From NCBI GenBank assembly GCA_037137535.1, contig JBAXKC010000002.1, forward strand, positions 1 to 64,000: 64,000 nt of DNA, read 5' to 3'. Positions 18,944 to 29,478 of this stretch are shown one piece after another. Made by a program: the position numbers and the translations under genes. The stretch is from a bacterium (lineage in GTDB: Bacteria > Cyanobacteriota > Vampirovibrionia > Gastranaerophilales > JBAXKC01). Numbering within the stretch: the first letter of the stretch is position 1; each line of letters begins with the position of its first letter. The notes beneath the pieces were generated by a model. It saw nothing but the letters and a program-made list of their open reading frames with translations, was not told the origin of the DNA and did not search any database.

Positions 18944-19046
18944 AATAATCTCCAGACGGCCAAAAAATCTATATTTTGTAGTTAATATAGCACAGATAAA
19001 AACAAATAAAAAATAAACGTTTAAGTTTATGTAAAGTTTGTAAATC

Positions 19047-19769
19047 TTATACAGATAATTTAGGTATTTTAAGCTTAAATAGGCTCTGAACATCGATATT
19101 GTTTATAACAGCATCAATTAGTTGCTCAGGATTAATTAACCCTTTTCTTAAACTTTCTATTCTTGGTAAAGTCCCCAGAACCTCTACGCCGGAAAGTTCT
19201 TTTATGAAGTGAGAAGCAGTTCTCATTGCTATATCTTTTGTATTTTGAGGATAATTAGAAATAATAACGCCTGCAATTTGAATATTGCGACTTTTAGCGG
19301 CTTCAATTGTTAAAAGTGTGTGATTAATAGTGCCTAAATCAGGCTTAGCCACAATTACCAGCGGAGTTTGCAAATCTTTTGCAAGATTTGCCATTAAATA
19401 ATCGTGATAAATTGGAACTAAAAGCCCACCTGCACCTTCAACTAAAATAAAATCACACTCATTTCTAAACTCATTGTAGTCTTGTAATAATTTTTTCTTA
19501 TCAACTGATACTTTTTCTATAATTGCTGCTAAATAGGGAGAAACAGGATAATTAAAATAATAGCTGCATTTTGTTTTTATATGAGGATCGATTAAGTTAA
19601 CAAAACAAAGATCGGGTGAGAAATATTCATTATTTTTTTTAACGGCACCACTTTGTACAGGCTTATAAACCCCGACAGAATAGCCTAAAGACTGCATTAC
19701 TGCGGCAATGCCGGCTGTAACGACTGTTTTACCTACATCCGTATCTGTTCCTGTAATAAATATATTCAT
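19047..19769 (-). CDS. bioD: Dethiobiotin synthase
   Basis: ITGTDTDVGKT, KPVQSG, VEGAGGL, LGTINHT. Confidence 0.95.
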   Translation of the reverse strand: MNIFITGTDTDVGKTVVTAGIAAVMQSLGYSVGVYKPVQSGAVKKNNEYFSPDLCFVNLIDPHIKTKCSYYFNYPVSPYLAAIIEKVSVDKKKLLQDYNEFRNECDFILVEGAGGLLVPIYHDYLMANLAKDLQTPLVIVAKPDLGTINHTLLTIEAAKSRNIQIAGVIISNYPQNTKDIAMRTASHFIKELSGVEVLGTLPRIESLRKGLINPEQLIDAVINNIDVQSLFKLKIPKLSV

Positions 19770-19887
19770 TCTCACATACAATTTTTTAATCTATATTTTG
19801 ATTATACCAGTGTTTACTCTTCGTAAATCAAGTATTAGTAGTATAATTCATTTTATTGATGGTCTTCAAAAGAAAAATATAAAGCAA

Positions 19888-19913
19888 AAAGCAGATACAT
19901 GATGTATCTGCTT
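19888..19913 (-). terminator. Terminator hairpin downstream of hup
   Basis: AAAGCAGATACAT/ATGTATCTGCTTT. Confidence 0.65.
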
Positions 19914-19934
19914 TAATTTAGTTTAAAGTGCTTT

Positions 19935-20210
19935 CTACTTGTTTACTAATTCTTTGAATTTTTTACCAGCTGTGAAGGTAGGAACAGTTTTAGCAGGTAT
20001 TTGGATTTCAGAACCTGTTTGTGGGTTTCTACCGGTTCTAGCAGCTCTCTTACGAGCTTCAAAAGTACCGAATCCAACTAAGGTAACTTTTTTACCTTTA
20101 GAAACTGTTTTTTCAACAACATCGATAAATAATGATAAGATTTCAGAAACTTCTTTTTGGGTTACTTTTGCTTTTTTTGCAACTTCTTGTACTAATTCCT
20201 CTTTATTCAT
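19935..20210 (-). CDS. hup: DNA-binding protein HU
   Basis: MNKEELV..., LVGFGTF, RTGRNPQTG. Confidence 0.95.
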   Translation of the reverse strand: MNKEELVQEVAKKAKVTQKEVSEILSLFIDVVEKTVSKGKKVTLVGFGTFEARKRAARTGRNPQTGSEIQIPAKTVPTFTAGKKFKELVNK

Positions 20211-20395
20211 GGAGAAACTCCTTTCCAAACAATAATAAACGCAACAATCATATTATATTCAGTAAGATAAAATACGCAAGAGTTTTTTTAAAAATTAGAA
20301 AAAAATTCAATTAGTGTTTTGCTATATATTATATTCAATTGTATAATTAGTTATGTGTTTTATTAAAATAAGAATTCATTTTTAGATTGATTTAT

Positions 20396-21313
20396 ATGAA
20401 AAATTTTTCAAGAATATCTATTATAGCAAGTTGCTCATTAGTCATAGTCTTAATGGGTATTTACCCTTCTGCCGCTGAGGAAATAAAGCCTGCTTATAAT
20501 TTAAAAGTAAATAATGATTCGTTTACTGATTTTACCGCTTCTGAAGATAATCAATATGTTACAAAACTACTAAAAATATATTTTGAATCCATAGATATAA
20601 ACAACTTAAAATTTAATAACAATGAAATTATTACTTATAAAAAAATTCAAGAAATTAAAAAAGATTTAGCTAAAGGTGTAGATACAAAATTATTTGATCA
20701 AAGTAATAAAATAGATTCTTCGATAACAACAAAAAGAATTTTTGATATTAATTTAATTAATGAAAGAAATAATCAAAGTCCGGAGATTACATCAACTAAA
20801 TCAAATAATGCTAAAAATATTACAAACAAGACTAATGACAATACTGAAACTAACAGTAAATTTTGGCAACTTGCCGAAGAAGCTTCTAATTACGAACGTA
20901 TAGGAAATTATGGTGAAGCTGTCAGATGTTATCAAAATGCAATTAAATTAAACCCCAATAGAATTGAGCTGTTATATAGTTACTCACTTTGCCTGTACAA
21001 AGCGGAACAATATAATAATGCCGAAATAACGCTAAATAAAATAATATTTTTAGATAATAATTTTACTTTAGCTCATTATAATTTAGGCAATATCTATTTT
21101 AAACTCGATCAATACAACAAAGCCTTAAATAGCTTTATGATTGCACTCAAGCAAAATCCTTATTCTGTTGATACCTGTTTTAATCTTGCATTAACACTAG
21201 AGTGTTTAAAAGAAAACACTCTAGCAGAAAAATATTATATAAAATGTTTAGAAATAAATCCTAATGATAACCAAGCACAGGCTGCCATTAAAAGATTAAA
21301 AGCAACAAAATAA
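20396..21313 (+). CDS. Exported TPR-repeat protein
   Basis: Signal peptide; about four C-terminal TPRs (AHYNLG, CFNLA, LEINP). Confidence 0.8.
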   Translation: MKNFSRISIIASCSLVIVLMGIYPSAAEEIKPAYNLKVNNDSFTDFTASEDNQYVTKLLKIYFESIDINNLKFNNNEIITYKKIQEIKKDLAKGVDTKLFDQSNKIDSSITTKRIFDINLINERNNQSPEITSTKSNNAKNITNKTNDNTETNSKFWQLAEEASNYERIGNYGEAVRCYQNAIKLNPNRIELLYSYSLCLYKAEQYNNAEITLNKIIFLDNNFTLAHYNLGNIYFKLDQYNKALNSFMIALKQNPYSVDTCFNLALTLECLKENTLAEKYYIKCLEINPNDNQAQAAIKRLKATK

Positions 21314-21781
21314 CTAATTTTTCACTTTGTTAATGATATTAGTTGTTGATTTACCTTCTACCATAGGCATAAAAACAACTTTACCGCCGTTTTCATGAAT
21401 CACTTTGGCTTCAGGAAGGTTGTTTATGTCATAATCGCCACCTTTGACGTGAATATCAGGTTTAATGTCGGCTAAAAGACTTTCAGGAGTGCTCTCGTTG
21501 AATAAAACAACATAATCAACCGATAATAAATTAGCTAATACTTCTGCTCTGTCTTCTTCTTTATTTACAGGTCTGGTAGGTCCTTTTAAACCTCTGACGG
21601 AACTATCGGAATTAAGCGCAATTACCAATATATCGCCTTCATTTTTTGCTTGAGCTAAATATCTTACATGCCCAACGTGTAAAATATCAAAACAACCATT
21701 AGTTGTTACAACAGTTTTATTATCATTTTTTAATTCTGAAATTTCTGCTAATAATTCATTTTTACTTAAAACTTTACCCAA
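21314..21781 (-). CDS. rfaE2: D-glycero-beta-D-manno-heptose 1-phosphate adenylyltransferase
   Basis: TNGCFDILHVGH, LNSDSSV..LKG..RP, KGGDY, STT. Confidence 0.93.
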   Translation of the reverse strand: MGKVLSKNELLAEISELKNDNKTVVTTNGCFDILHVGHVRYLAQAKNEGDILVIALNSDSSVRGLKGPTRPVNKEEDRAEVLANLLSVDYVVLFNESTPESLLADIKPDIHVKGGDYDINNLPEAKVIHENGGKVVFMPMVEGKSTTNIINKVKN

Positions 21782-21804
21782 GTTAAATTCCTTTCTTAAT
21801 GTAT

Positions 21805-22815
21805 TTATGAAGAAGCTAAAAGCTTTTCATCCATTGCTTCATGTTCAATTATATTTTTTAATTCAAATGGTGTAATAACAGTTGTACCTTTTTTTCTAAC
21901 AGCAACACCCGCCGAATAATTACCGAGTATAACAGATAATTCTAAATTATTCTTTGAAGCAGGAATACTTAATGCAATAGTTGAGATTAATGAATCTCCT
22001 GCACCTGTCACATCAAACACTTCTGTAGAGACTGCAGGGATTTTTTTATAAATATTGCCATCAAAGAGCAATACACCATCTTCACCAAGCGTTACAAGTA
22101 CATTTTTTATACTTATCTGTTTGAATAAACAAGCAGCAAGAGCTTCTGCTGATGAACCACAGCTTAATTCTGTCGCAATTTCAGCTTCTAACCTATTAGG
22201 AGTTAACAGTGTAGCACCTGTATATTTGGAATAATCAGAGCCTTTAGGGTCGACTACAATGTTTTTATTGTATTTTATTCCTAATTCAATGATACTTCGA
22301 CATAAGGACTCCGTTAATACGCCTTTTGCATAATCAGAAAGTAAAATAATATCGACAGAATTAATGTTATCTATAACTTTTAATAATATTAATTCTTCAA
22401 TATTTTTATTAATAGGTTTTTTAGATTCCCTATCGGCTCTAGCCAGTTGATAATGATTTTTCGACACTAAACGAGTTTTTACAGTAGTTGGTCTTTCCTT
22501 GTCAGTTATTATCGAGGAACAATCTATTGAATATTTTTCTAATTCTGATTTTATTACATTCGCATGTAGATCATCACCAACTACACCTGCTAATATGACA
22601 TTTCCTCCAAGTACAGCAATATTCGCTGCGACATTGGCTGCCCCACCTGGTATATTATGGTAATCATCAACCTCCAGCACAGGAACAGGTGCTTCAGGAG
22701 AAAGACGATTAGTCCTCCCCCTGATATACTCATCAAGAATAATGTCACCAACAACCAAAACTGTTTGGTTACAATAGTTTTCTATTATATTAAAAAGTTT
22801 AGTTTTATGAAGCAC
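21805..22815 (-). CDS. rfaE1: D-glycero-beta-D-manno-heptose-7-phosphate kinase
   Basis: RLSPEAPVPV, GGAANVA, SDYAKG, DPK, DVTGAGD. Confidence 0.93.
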   Translation of the reverse strand: MLHKTKLFNIIENYCNQTVLVVGDIILDEYIRGRTNRLSPEAPVPVLEVDDYHNIPGGAANVAANIAVLGGNVILAGVVGDDLHANVIKSELEKYSIDCSSIITDKERPTTVKTRLVSKNHYQLARADRESKKPINKNIEELILLKVIDNINSVDIILLSDYAKGVLTESLCRSIIELGIKYNKNIVVDPKGSDYSKYTGATLLTPNRLEAEIATELSCGSSAEALAACLFKQISIKNVLVTLGEDGVLLFDGNIYKKIPAVSTEVFDVTGAGDSLISTIALSIPASKNNLELSVILGNYSAGVAVRKKGTTVITPFELKNIIEHEAMDEKLLASS

Positions 22816-22854
22816 TTTTTACACCTGAATAATCTATAAAACGTTATTTGAAAC

Positions 22855-23934
22855 TTATTTGCTTTGTTGTGTAGCAGGTGGCATACTGCTTTTTGGCATA
22901 ATAGGAGAATGATCGGTTCCGCTACCTGATTTTGAAAGCTCAATTATTTCTTTCTTAATATTTACAGGATCAAATGATTTATCAACATACACTACTTTTG
23001 CAGTTGCACGAGCATTTGTCACTAATTTTTTGTAAATATCCATTTTTTGTTGCCCGTTTAAATAGTCTTTAATACTTGCTTTGACATCATTAAATGCAAC
23101 ATAACCGCCTTTTTTCTTGTCAATTACAATAATTATATGATAACCGAATTGAGTTTTAACAGGTTCGGATATTTTACCTGGTGTTAATGTTTTACAAGCT
23201 GCAGCAAATTCAGGAACCATTTGTCCAGCTTGGAAATAACCTAAATCCCCGCCTTTAAGAGCTGATTGTGTATCTTTTGAATATTTTTTCGCTAATTTGC
23301 TGAAATCAGCAGGATTTTTTTTCAATTGATCAACAATAAGTTTAGCCTGTTTTTCATCATTTACTAAAATATGAGAAGCATGAACTTGCTCAGGTGATTT
23401 AAAGAAAGTTTCTTTGTTTGTATCAAAATATTTTTTTACATCATCATCAGAAACAGGCTTAAGCATTTTTGTGCCTTCAACGATTTTATCAACTAAGATT
23501 TGATGTTTTACATCAGTTTCAAACATTTCTCTTGAAATTTTATTTGTTTGAAGCATTTTCTCAAGTCCTTGTGATCCACCAAATTTCTTCTCTATATCAC
23601 TGATAGCTTTTTTAGTGTCCTCAGGGGTTAAACTAACATTTTCTTTTTTAGCTTGTTGTTTTAATAATTCTTCAACTGTTAAGTCATTTACAACTTTATC
23701 TTTATAAATAATTTTGAAAAATTTATTTTTAGGATCATTAATATTAAAATTATCCTGATGTGCTGCGATAGTATCAATAGTATTCTTATAAAGCTGTTCG
23801 TATTGGCTTTTTGTTATTGAATCACCATTAACTTTCATGATGACCTTATCGCCTAATCCACCAATATTTGAATTACAACCTGATAATAGCATAATTGAAA
23901 GTGCTAATGCGCCTAATGCTGATTTTTGTCTCAT
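22855..23934 (-). CDS. prsA: PrsA/SurA-like parvulin peptidyl-prolyl isomerase lipoprotein
   Basis: Lipobox LSGC; ASHILV, GGDLG, MVPEF, TQFGYHII. Confidence 0.85.
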   Translation of the reverse strand: MRQKSALGALALSIMLLSGCNSNIGGLGDKVIMKVNGDSITKSQYEQLYKNTIDTIAAHQDNFNINDPKNKFFKIIYKDKVVNDLTVEELLKQQAKKENVSLTPEDTKKAISDIEKKFGGSQGLEKMLQTNKISREMFETDVKHQILVDKIVEGTKMLKPVSDDDVKKYFDTNKETFFKSPEQVHASHILVNDEKQAKLIVDQLKKNPADFSKLAKKYSKDTQSALKGGDLGYFQAGQMVPEFAAACKTLTPGKISEPVKTQFGYHIIIVIDKKKGGYVAFNDVKASIKDYLNGQQKMDIYKKLVTNARATAKVVYVDKSFDPVNIKKEIIELSKSGSGTDHSPIMPKSSMPPATQQSK

Positions 23935-23972
23935 TTGTTTCTCTCCAAATTTATACGTATGACACGTTAGTT

Positions 23973-26900
23973 TTATTTATGATTTTTAGAGATTGTCGTA
24001 AACAATTCTTCTAATATTTTTATCCTTTCTTGACTGAAAAGTCCAGTACAATTTAAGTTTATTATAGATATAGAATTTTGAGAACTAGTCGGAGCTTTTA
24101 CCCACTTGAACTTTACGGCATTTTCTCTTTTGATTTTTAACAAATATGATTTCCATTCATGTAGTTCATAATTCGTAAAAATTCTTATTACATCTTCATT
24201 TTCTCTAACAAGATTAATTCCTATACCTGTAGCAAGAATTCTTAATTTTATTATATCAAACAGATTCGCAACAGGCTCAGGTATATTTCCAAATCTATCA
24301 ACCCATTCTTCTTTAATATATTCTAATTCCCTTAATGATTGAATATCTGCTAATCGTTTATATTCTATCATTTTTTGATCTTTGCTGCCGCACCAATCAT
24401 CAGGAATAAATGCAGTTATATTGATATCAACAACAGGAGGTTCTTTTCTTAAAGGCTCATTTCCTTGAAGTTCATTAACAGCTTCCTCAAGTAATGAACA
24501 ATAGGTATCAAAGCCTACTGTTACCATATTTCCATGCTGTTGACCACCTAATATGTTTCCAACACCTCTTATTTCCAGATCTTTTAGTGCTATTTGATAA
24601 CCGCTTCCAAGAGTTGTAAATTCTTTTATAGCTTTTAGTCTATCAGTTGCTTCTTTTGTAAGTATTTTATCAGGTCTGTAAAAACAATAAGCATATGCTT
24701 GTCTTTCACTTCTTCCAACTCTGCCTCTCATCTGATAAAGTTGTGCAAGCCCAAATTTATCAGCATTGTCGACTAAAATTGTATTTGCATTCGGAATATC
24801 TAAGCCTGATTCAATAATTGTTGTACAAACTAAAATATCATACTCATGGCTAGAAAATTCATGCATGATTTTTTCAAGTTCTTTTTCGTTCATTTGTCCA
24901 TGAGCCACAGCAATTCTTGCATCTGGCACGAGGTCGTTAAGCTCTTTTGCAACAGAAAATAATGTCTCTACTCTATTATGAACAAAATAAATTTGCCCTT
25001 CTCTCTCTAATTCATGAATTATTGCTGTTTTAACTAGTGATGGATTATAAGCGCCTACATAAGTTTTAATAGGGGCTCTGTTTACAGGTGGAGTATTAAT
25101 TAAGCTCATATCTCTTACACCTGAAATAGACATGTACAAGGTTCTTGGTATAGGTGTTGCAGAAAGAGTCAATACATCAATTTTTGCTCTTAATTGTTTT
25201 AATTTTTCTTTATGAGAAACACCAAATCTATGTTCTTCGTCAATCACAAGTATTCCGAGGTCTTTGAATTCAACATCTTTTTGCAATAAACGGTGTGTAC
25301 CAATAACCACATCACATTCCCCAGTAACAAGACGTTTAACAGTTTCCTTAATTTCTTTTGCTGACCTGAATCTCGAGAGCAATTCAACTTTAACCGGATA
25401 TGGTTTAAATCTGTCTGCAAAGGTCTGATAGTGCTGTTGTGCCAATATCGTTGTCGGAACAAGAACTACTGCCTGTTTTCCAGACAAAGCAGCTTTAAAA
25501 ACAGCTCTTAATGCTACTTCTGTTTTTCCAAATCCTACATCACCGCAAACAAGCCTATCCATAGGCTTATCTGACTCCATATCAATCTTTGTATCGACTA
25601 TTGCTTGCATTTGATCCGGAGTTTCAGTATAGGAAAAAGCATTTTCTAATTCCAATTGCCAAGGACTGTCTGCATCAAACTGATAGCCTTTTACTTTTGA
25701 TCTATGAGCGTATAAATTAATTAAATCCTGTGCAATATCTTTAATGGATTTTTTAACTTTATTTTTTACATTTGTCCACTCTGTTCCACCCATTTTTGAT
25801 AATTTTGGAGCCGTTCCAGAGCCTCTGTATCTTGACAGGAAGTTTATCTGTTCGGCAGGCATGTGTAAACGATCGCCAGCAGTATATTCTATACTTAAAT
25901 AATCTTTTTCTTGTCCGTCAATTTCTTGTTTGCTTAGTCCAATGAATTTTCCAATACCGTGCTTTAAGTGAACAACATAATCACCAATGACTAGATCATT
26001 TAAAGATACTAGGAAATCTATATTTTCTTTTTTACTTGTTTTTTTAGCTAAAGTAGATTTTTTTATTTTTTTATTAAATAGCTCTGAATCAGTTATTACA
26101 CACAATTTTTCTTCTGATAATAAAAAACCTTCTTGAAAACCGTATTTTGAAATAACTACATTATTATTAAAATCTTTTAATTGAATATTTTTTTCATTTT
26201 CTAAAGATATATGAGGACATTCAAATTCCTTTAGCAGTTCTTCAATTCTTGCAGGATATTCTGTGCTAATTATTACATTGAATTTTTGGCGTCTTAAGTC
26301 TTGTATAAAAGTAAGGGTTTTTTCTAAATTACTCATAAAGTTTGGTATTGCGCTAAGCTCAAAAAATTCTGTATGAAAAATTTCTTCTTGTGCAAAACTG
26401 TCAAGATATATCTGACTAAAAGATTCTATATTCTTTAATGTTTCGTCTCCTGAAAGAGTTAGCATATATGGTAATTCTACAGCTAAACCTTCGTTGATAT
26501 TTAAATTATAATCTTTTTCATATTTTTCATGAAGAATATTCAATCTATGAATAACTTCAGTTCTTTCATTAAATATAAATTTGGTATTTTGCGGCAAATA
26601 GTCAAAAATTGTCTCTGCTTTAGGATATAAAAACGGAGCAAAATATTCTACTCCTTCAAAGTAATTTTCTCTTTCAAATGATTCATTTATATTTTCTTGT
26701 GTAATTTCAAGTGTTTCAGAAAAAGAATCGTTTAATCTACTTTTTTGTTTAACAATAGCTTCATTTATTTTAGTAGTTAATAAAACTTTATTTTCATTAT
26801 TAATTATTATCTTATATCTTGGCCCAATAGTAACAAAGTCAGCCTTTCCGCAAGAGCGTTGAGTATCAGTATCAAAATATCTAATATTTTCGACTTCATC

Positions 26901-27515
26901 TCCAAAAAATTCTACTCTTATTGCCTCTGATTGAATTGGATATATATCTAATATATCACCACGTGTACTAAATTCACCAGGATCAGTTACGGTTGTTGTT
27001 CTAATATATCCTAAATTAACTAGAACTTTAGAAATATCAGCAGGTTCAAGGTAGTCACCTTTATTTATTGTTAATGAGTTATTTTTCAATTCTAATTTGG
27101 GCAAATAAGTTGATAATAATGCTTTTGAAGTAGTTATAATAACTTTTGTTTTACCTGAACTAAAATTATTTAGTACTTCCATTTGTTGTTTAAGCGCATA
27201 ACCATCCGTATATAATGGTTCGTATGGTGAAATTTCGGAGCAAGGCAGATACTCTATTGCAGAATCTGTAATAAATTTCAGTTCATTATAAAATCTTAAA
27301 GCTGTTGATATATCAGAAGCAATAAAAACTAACGGAAGATTTAAAATATCAATCAATTGAGCAATATAAAATATTTTTGCAGAAGTATTTAATCCTGTTA
27401 CAGCAATATTATTATTTTGCTTTAGTAGAAGTGGTACTTTTTTTAGATTATGTAATTGTTTGGAATATTCCTTTAATAAATGCGATAACGCCTGATTTTC
27501 CACAGATTTCACCAT
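23973..27515 (-). CDS. mfd: Transcription-repair coupling factor
   Basis: UvrB-like N-terminus, RID (VVH..HGIG), [30 protein letters not shown] motif. Confidence 0.97.
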   Translation of the reverse strand: MVKSVENQALSHLLKEYSKQLHNLKKVPLLLKQNNNIAVTGLNTSAKIFYIAQLIDILNLPLVFIASDISTALRFYNELKFITDSAIEYLPCSEISPYEPLYTDGYALKQQMEVLNNFSSGKTKVIITTSKALLSTYLPKLELKNNSLTINKGDYLEPADISKVLVNLGYIRTTTVTDPGEFSTRGDILDIYPIQSEAIRVEFFGDEVENIRYFDTDTQRSCGKADFVTIGPRYKIIINNENKVLLTTKINEAIVKQKSRLNDSFSETLEITQENINESFERENYFEGVEYFAPFLYPKAETIFDYLPQNTKFIFNERTEVIHRLNILHEKYEKDYNLNINEGLAVELPYMLTLSGDETLKNIESFSQIYLDSFAQEEIFHTEFFELSAIPNFMSNLEKTLTFIQDLRRQKFNVIISTEYPARIEELLKEFECPHISLENEKNIQLKDFNNNVVISKYGFQEGFLLSEEKLCVITDSELFNKKIKKSTLAKKTSKKENIDFLVSLNDLVIGDYVVHLKHGIGKFIGLSKQEIDGQEKDYLSIEYTAGDRLHMPAEQINFLSRYRGSGTAPKLSKMGGTEWTNVKNKVKKSIKDIAQDLINLYAHRSKVKGYQFDADSPWQLELENAFSYTETPDQMQAIVDTKIDMESDKPMDRLVCGDVGFGKTEVALRAVFKAALSGKQAVVLVPTTILAQQHYQTFADRFKPYPVKVELLSRFRSAKEIKETVKRLVTGECDVVIGTHRLLQKDVEFKDLGILVIDEEHRFGVSHKEKLKQLRAKIDVLTLSATPIPRTLYMSISGVRDMSLINTPPVNRAPIKTYVGAYNPSLVKTAIIHELEREGQIYFVHNRVETLFSVAKELNDLVPDARIAVAHGQMNEKELEKIMHEFSSHEYDILVCTTIIESGLDIPNANTILVDNADKFGLAQLYQMRGRVGRSERQAYAYCFYRPDKILTKEATDRLKAIKEFTTLGSGYQIALKDLEIRGVGNILGGQQHGNMVTVGFDTYCSLLEEAVNELQGNEPLRKEPPVVDINITAFIPDDWCGSKDQKMIEYKRLADIQSLRELEYIKEEWVDRFGNIPEPVANLFDIIKLRILATGIGINLVRENEDVIRIFTNYELHEWKSYLLKIKRENAVKFKWVKAPTSSQNSISIINLNCTGLFSQERIKILEELFTTISKNHK

Positions 27516-27570
27516 AGTCAATAAACTTATATTTTAACATAAAAAAATTTTAAAATTTCTTTTGAAATTT

Positions 27571-27610
27571 TAGCAATTTTATACTTCATATTGTTTTTAT
27601 ATATACAGAG
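27571..27610 (+). promoter_or_regulatory. Bipartite motif copy 2 (TAGCAAT-N14-TGTTTTTATATA)
   Basis: Same elements and spacing as the copy at 119. Confidence 0.55.
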
Positions 27611-27636
27611 GATATATTTTATTGGAGTAAGAGATT

Positions 27637-28680
27637 ATGTCGATACTGTCAGCAGCAAATTATTTAAGAATGCAAGGTCAGAGTTCGGCAAGCCAAACAG
27701 ATGCACAAAAGCCGACTGATTCAATTGGTGCCACTGGCAAAGCTTATAGTGTATTTACAAATGATGGAAAGAAAAAACCTACTAACTACTTTTCACCTGA
27801 AAATCTGGGTACAAACTTAGCAGGTAATATTGAAAGCTATGTCAAGAAAAATGGAAATCTTGATAAATTACAAAAGCTGGAATTAGCACCTGCATTAACA
27901 GCTAAACAATCAGCTAATGGTTTTGCTTCTAACATTGGTGGCGATGCTGATGATTATGTAATTAATGCAACAACACGTCATTTAACAGAACCGAAAAACA
28001 AAGAAGGCTTAGCTGAAATGTGTAAATTATTTGGCGTAAAAGACAATGATTACATTAAATTACAAGATGCTATGATGAAAGCTAATAAAAATAATGATTT
28101 AGTAATAACAAGAGATGAAATAGAAGCTTATAAAAAAAGTTTAGCTGATAATAACTCTCCAGCTACATCAAAAGCTCAACCATCAACCTTTCAATTCCCT
28201 TCAGCAGCTACTACGAATAATCAACAAACATCACAATTTCCATCAGCGAATACTACAACAAATAATAACCAACAGCTAGATGTAAATATGTTTGTAAGTT
28301 TATTAGCTCAACTATTTATGAATAATAGCTCAAATGCTCAACAACCTAATCAGCAACAACCTTGTTGTAATTATAATCAACCAATATTTCAAAATCCACA
28401 GTTCAATTATCAAAATCCACAATTAGTTCAACAACAAATCAATCCAGGTTATTATAGCAATGTAGGAATTAATAACGGAGTTATTAATAATGGACTAATG
28501 GCAAATGCAGGGTATCCTCAAAATATACCGACAAATATAAATGTTACAAATTACCCTGGAATACCTGGTTTATTTATGCCACCAGAACAAATGACAACAA
28601 CTCAAAAAGTTCTTAATGGTTTATATAATCTAGTTGATTTAATTCCGTCAGGTTCTAATAGAAGACATCATAGAAGATAA
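27637..28680 (+). CDS. Orphan protein with EF-hand-like loop and long N/Q/P-rich low-complexity C-terminus
   Basis: ANKNNDLVITRDE; repeated QFPSA-TT-NN-QQ; QNPQ repeats; GGAG RBS. Confidence 0.7.
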   Translation: MSILSAANYLRMQGQSSASQTDAQKPTDSIGATGKAYSVFTNDGKKKPTNYFSPENLGTNLAGNIESYVKKNGNLDKLQKLELAPALTAKQSANGFASNIGGDADDYVINATTRHLTEPKNKEGLAEMCKLFGVKDNDYIKLQDAMMKANKNNDLVITRDEIEAYKKSLADNNSPATSKAQPSTFQFPSAATTNNQQTSQFPSANTTTNNNQQLDVNMFVSLLAQLFMNNSSNAQQPNQQQPCCNYNQPIFQNPQFNYQNPQLVQQQINPGYYSNVGINNGVINNGLMANAGYPQNIPTNINVTNYPGIPGLFMPPEQMTTTQKVLNGLYNLVDLIPSGSNRRHHRR

Positions 28681-28721
28681 TTACACTTACTCCTCAATCA
28701 ATAAAATATTCTCTAAATAAT

Positions 28722-28752
28722 AGCGGATGTATAAAAACATCCGCTTTTTTTT
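28722..28752 (+). terminator. Intrinsic terminator
   Basis: AGCGGATGT/ACATCCGCT plus T run. Confidence 0.8.
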
Positions 28753-28763
28753 ATTTTTAATTT

Positions 28764-28793
28764 AAAAAGCGGAGGTTCAAATGAACCTCCGTT
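28764..28793 (-). terminator. Intrinsic terminator (minus strand)
   Basis: CGGAGGTTCA/TGAACCTCCG stem followed by a T run on the minus strand. Confidence 0.75.
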
Positions 28794-28800
28794 GTATTGC

Positions 28801-28887
28801 GCTGAGATTGCTGTTTAATTGCATTTTTTCTCTTACTGCACTTTAAGCCTATAAAGACTAAAGCCGGCATAAAACAGCGGTGTCAGC
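28801..28887. ncRNA. Candidate structured RNA (long interrupted hairpin)
   Basis: GCTGAGATTGCTGTTT pairs with AAACAGCGGTGTCAGC; internal hairpin; GC-richer than flanks; no family recognised. Confidence 0.35.
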
Positions 28888-28912
28888 TATATGAAATATT
28901 TAATACAGGTTA

Positions 28913-29254
28913 TTACTTTGGTGTATTAGTTTCAGCTTTTTTGAAAAGGCTTCCAGCTTTTTCTGTAACAAAATTCCAAGCCTGTTGTGCTTTCTCTTTG
29001 CCTTGTGTAACTAATGGCGCAAGATGTGTATCTACAAGCCCAGCAAAACTTTTGTTCGTCTTATAACCAAGTACTGATAATCCAGCAACAGTAACTGTTG
29101 CAACAGTCGCTTGAGCAATAGGATTTTTAGCTACGCTAATAGCTTGTGATTTAAAATCAGTTTTTGCATGTTCTTTATTATGCTCAGCCTTTTTTGTCGG
29201 TTTATGTTTTGCTGCAAAGCTTACATTGTGGTTGAAATTATTGATTGATGTCAT
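28913..29254 (-). CDS. Hypothetical protein with N-terminal VSFA motif and single hydrophobic helix
   Basis: GGGAG RBS before ATG 29254 (MTSINNFNHNVSFAAK); same architecture as 207..581. Confidence 0.75.
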   Translation of the reverse strand: MTSINNFNHNVSFAAKHKPTKKAEHNKEHAKTDFKSQAISVAKNPIAQATVATVTVAGLSVLGYKTNKSFAGLVDTHLAPLVTQGKEKAQQAWNFVTEKAGSLFKKAETNTPK

Positions 29255-29282
29255 TTTAGTTCTCCCTAACGCTCCAGTTCTT

Positions 29283-29322
29283 TCTATGAATGTATAAATG
29301 CAGCTAAAAATATTAATTGCTA
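29283..29322 (-). promoter_or_regulatory. Bipartite motif copy 3 (TAGCAAT-N13-TGCATTTATACA)
   Basis: Minus-strand TAGCAAT at 29322-29316, upstream of an SF-motif gene. Confidence 0.45.
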
Positions 29323-29434
29323 GTCTAATAAGATGTTTTTTAAAAAAAATCCTTAAAACTCCTGATATTAAATAAGAACAAGCATATTTACAAATCTTAA
29401 TCATATGTTGTACAAAAAAAGAACTAATAAAAAA

Positions 29435-29466
29435 ACAAGCTACTTTTAATAAAGTAGCTTGTTTAA
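29435..29466 (-). terminator. Terminator of the ABC-F gene
   Basis: AAACAAGCTACTTT/AAAGTAGCTTGTTT with T tail on the minus strand. Confidence 0.75.
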
Positions 29467-29478
29467 ATCAAAAATTAT

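Noticed and set aside
18944-19093. N-terminal extensions in the ORF track (acsD here; similarly 29404, 33639, 8589, 180)
   Set aside because: Downstream ATGs have clear GGAG RBSs or translational coupling, and the extensions overlap neighbouring genes or look non-coding.
28689-28700. Cyanobacterial Yfr1 sRNA motif
   Set aside because: Only ACTCCTCA of ACTCCTCACAC matches, with no 5' flanking hairpin.
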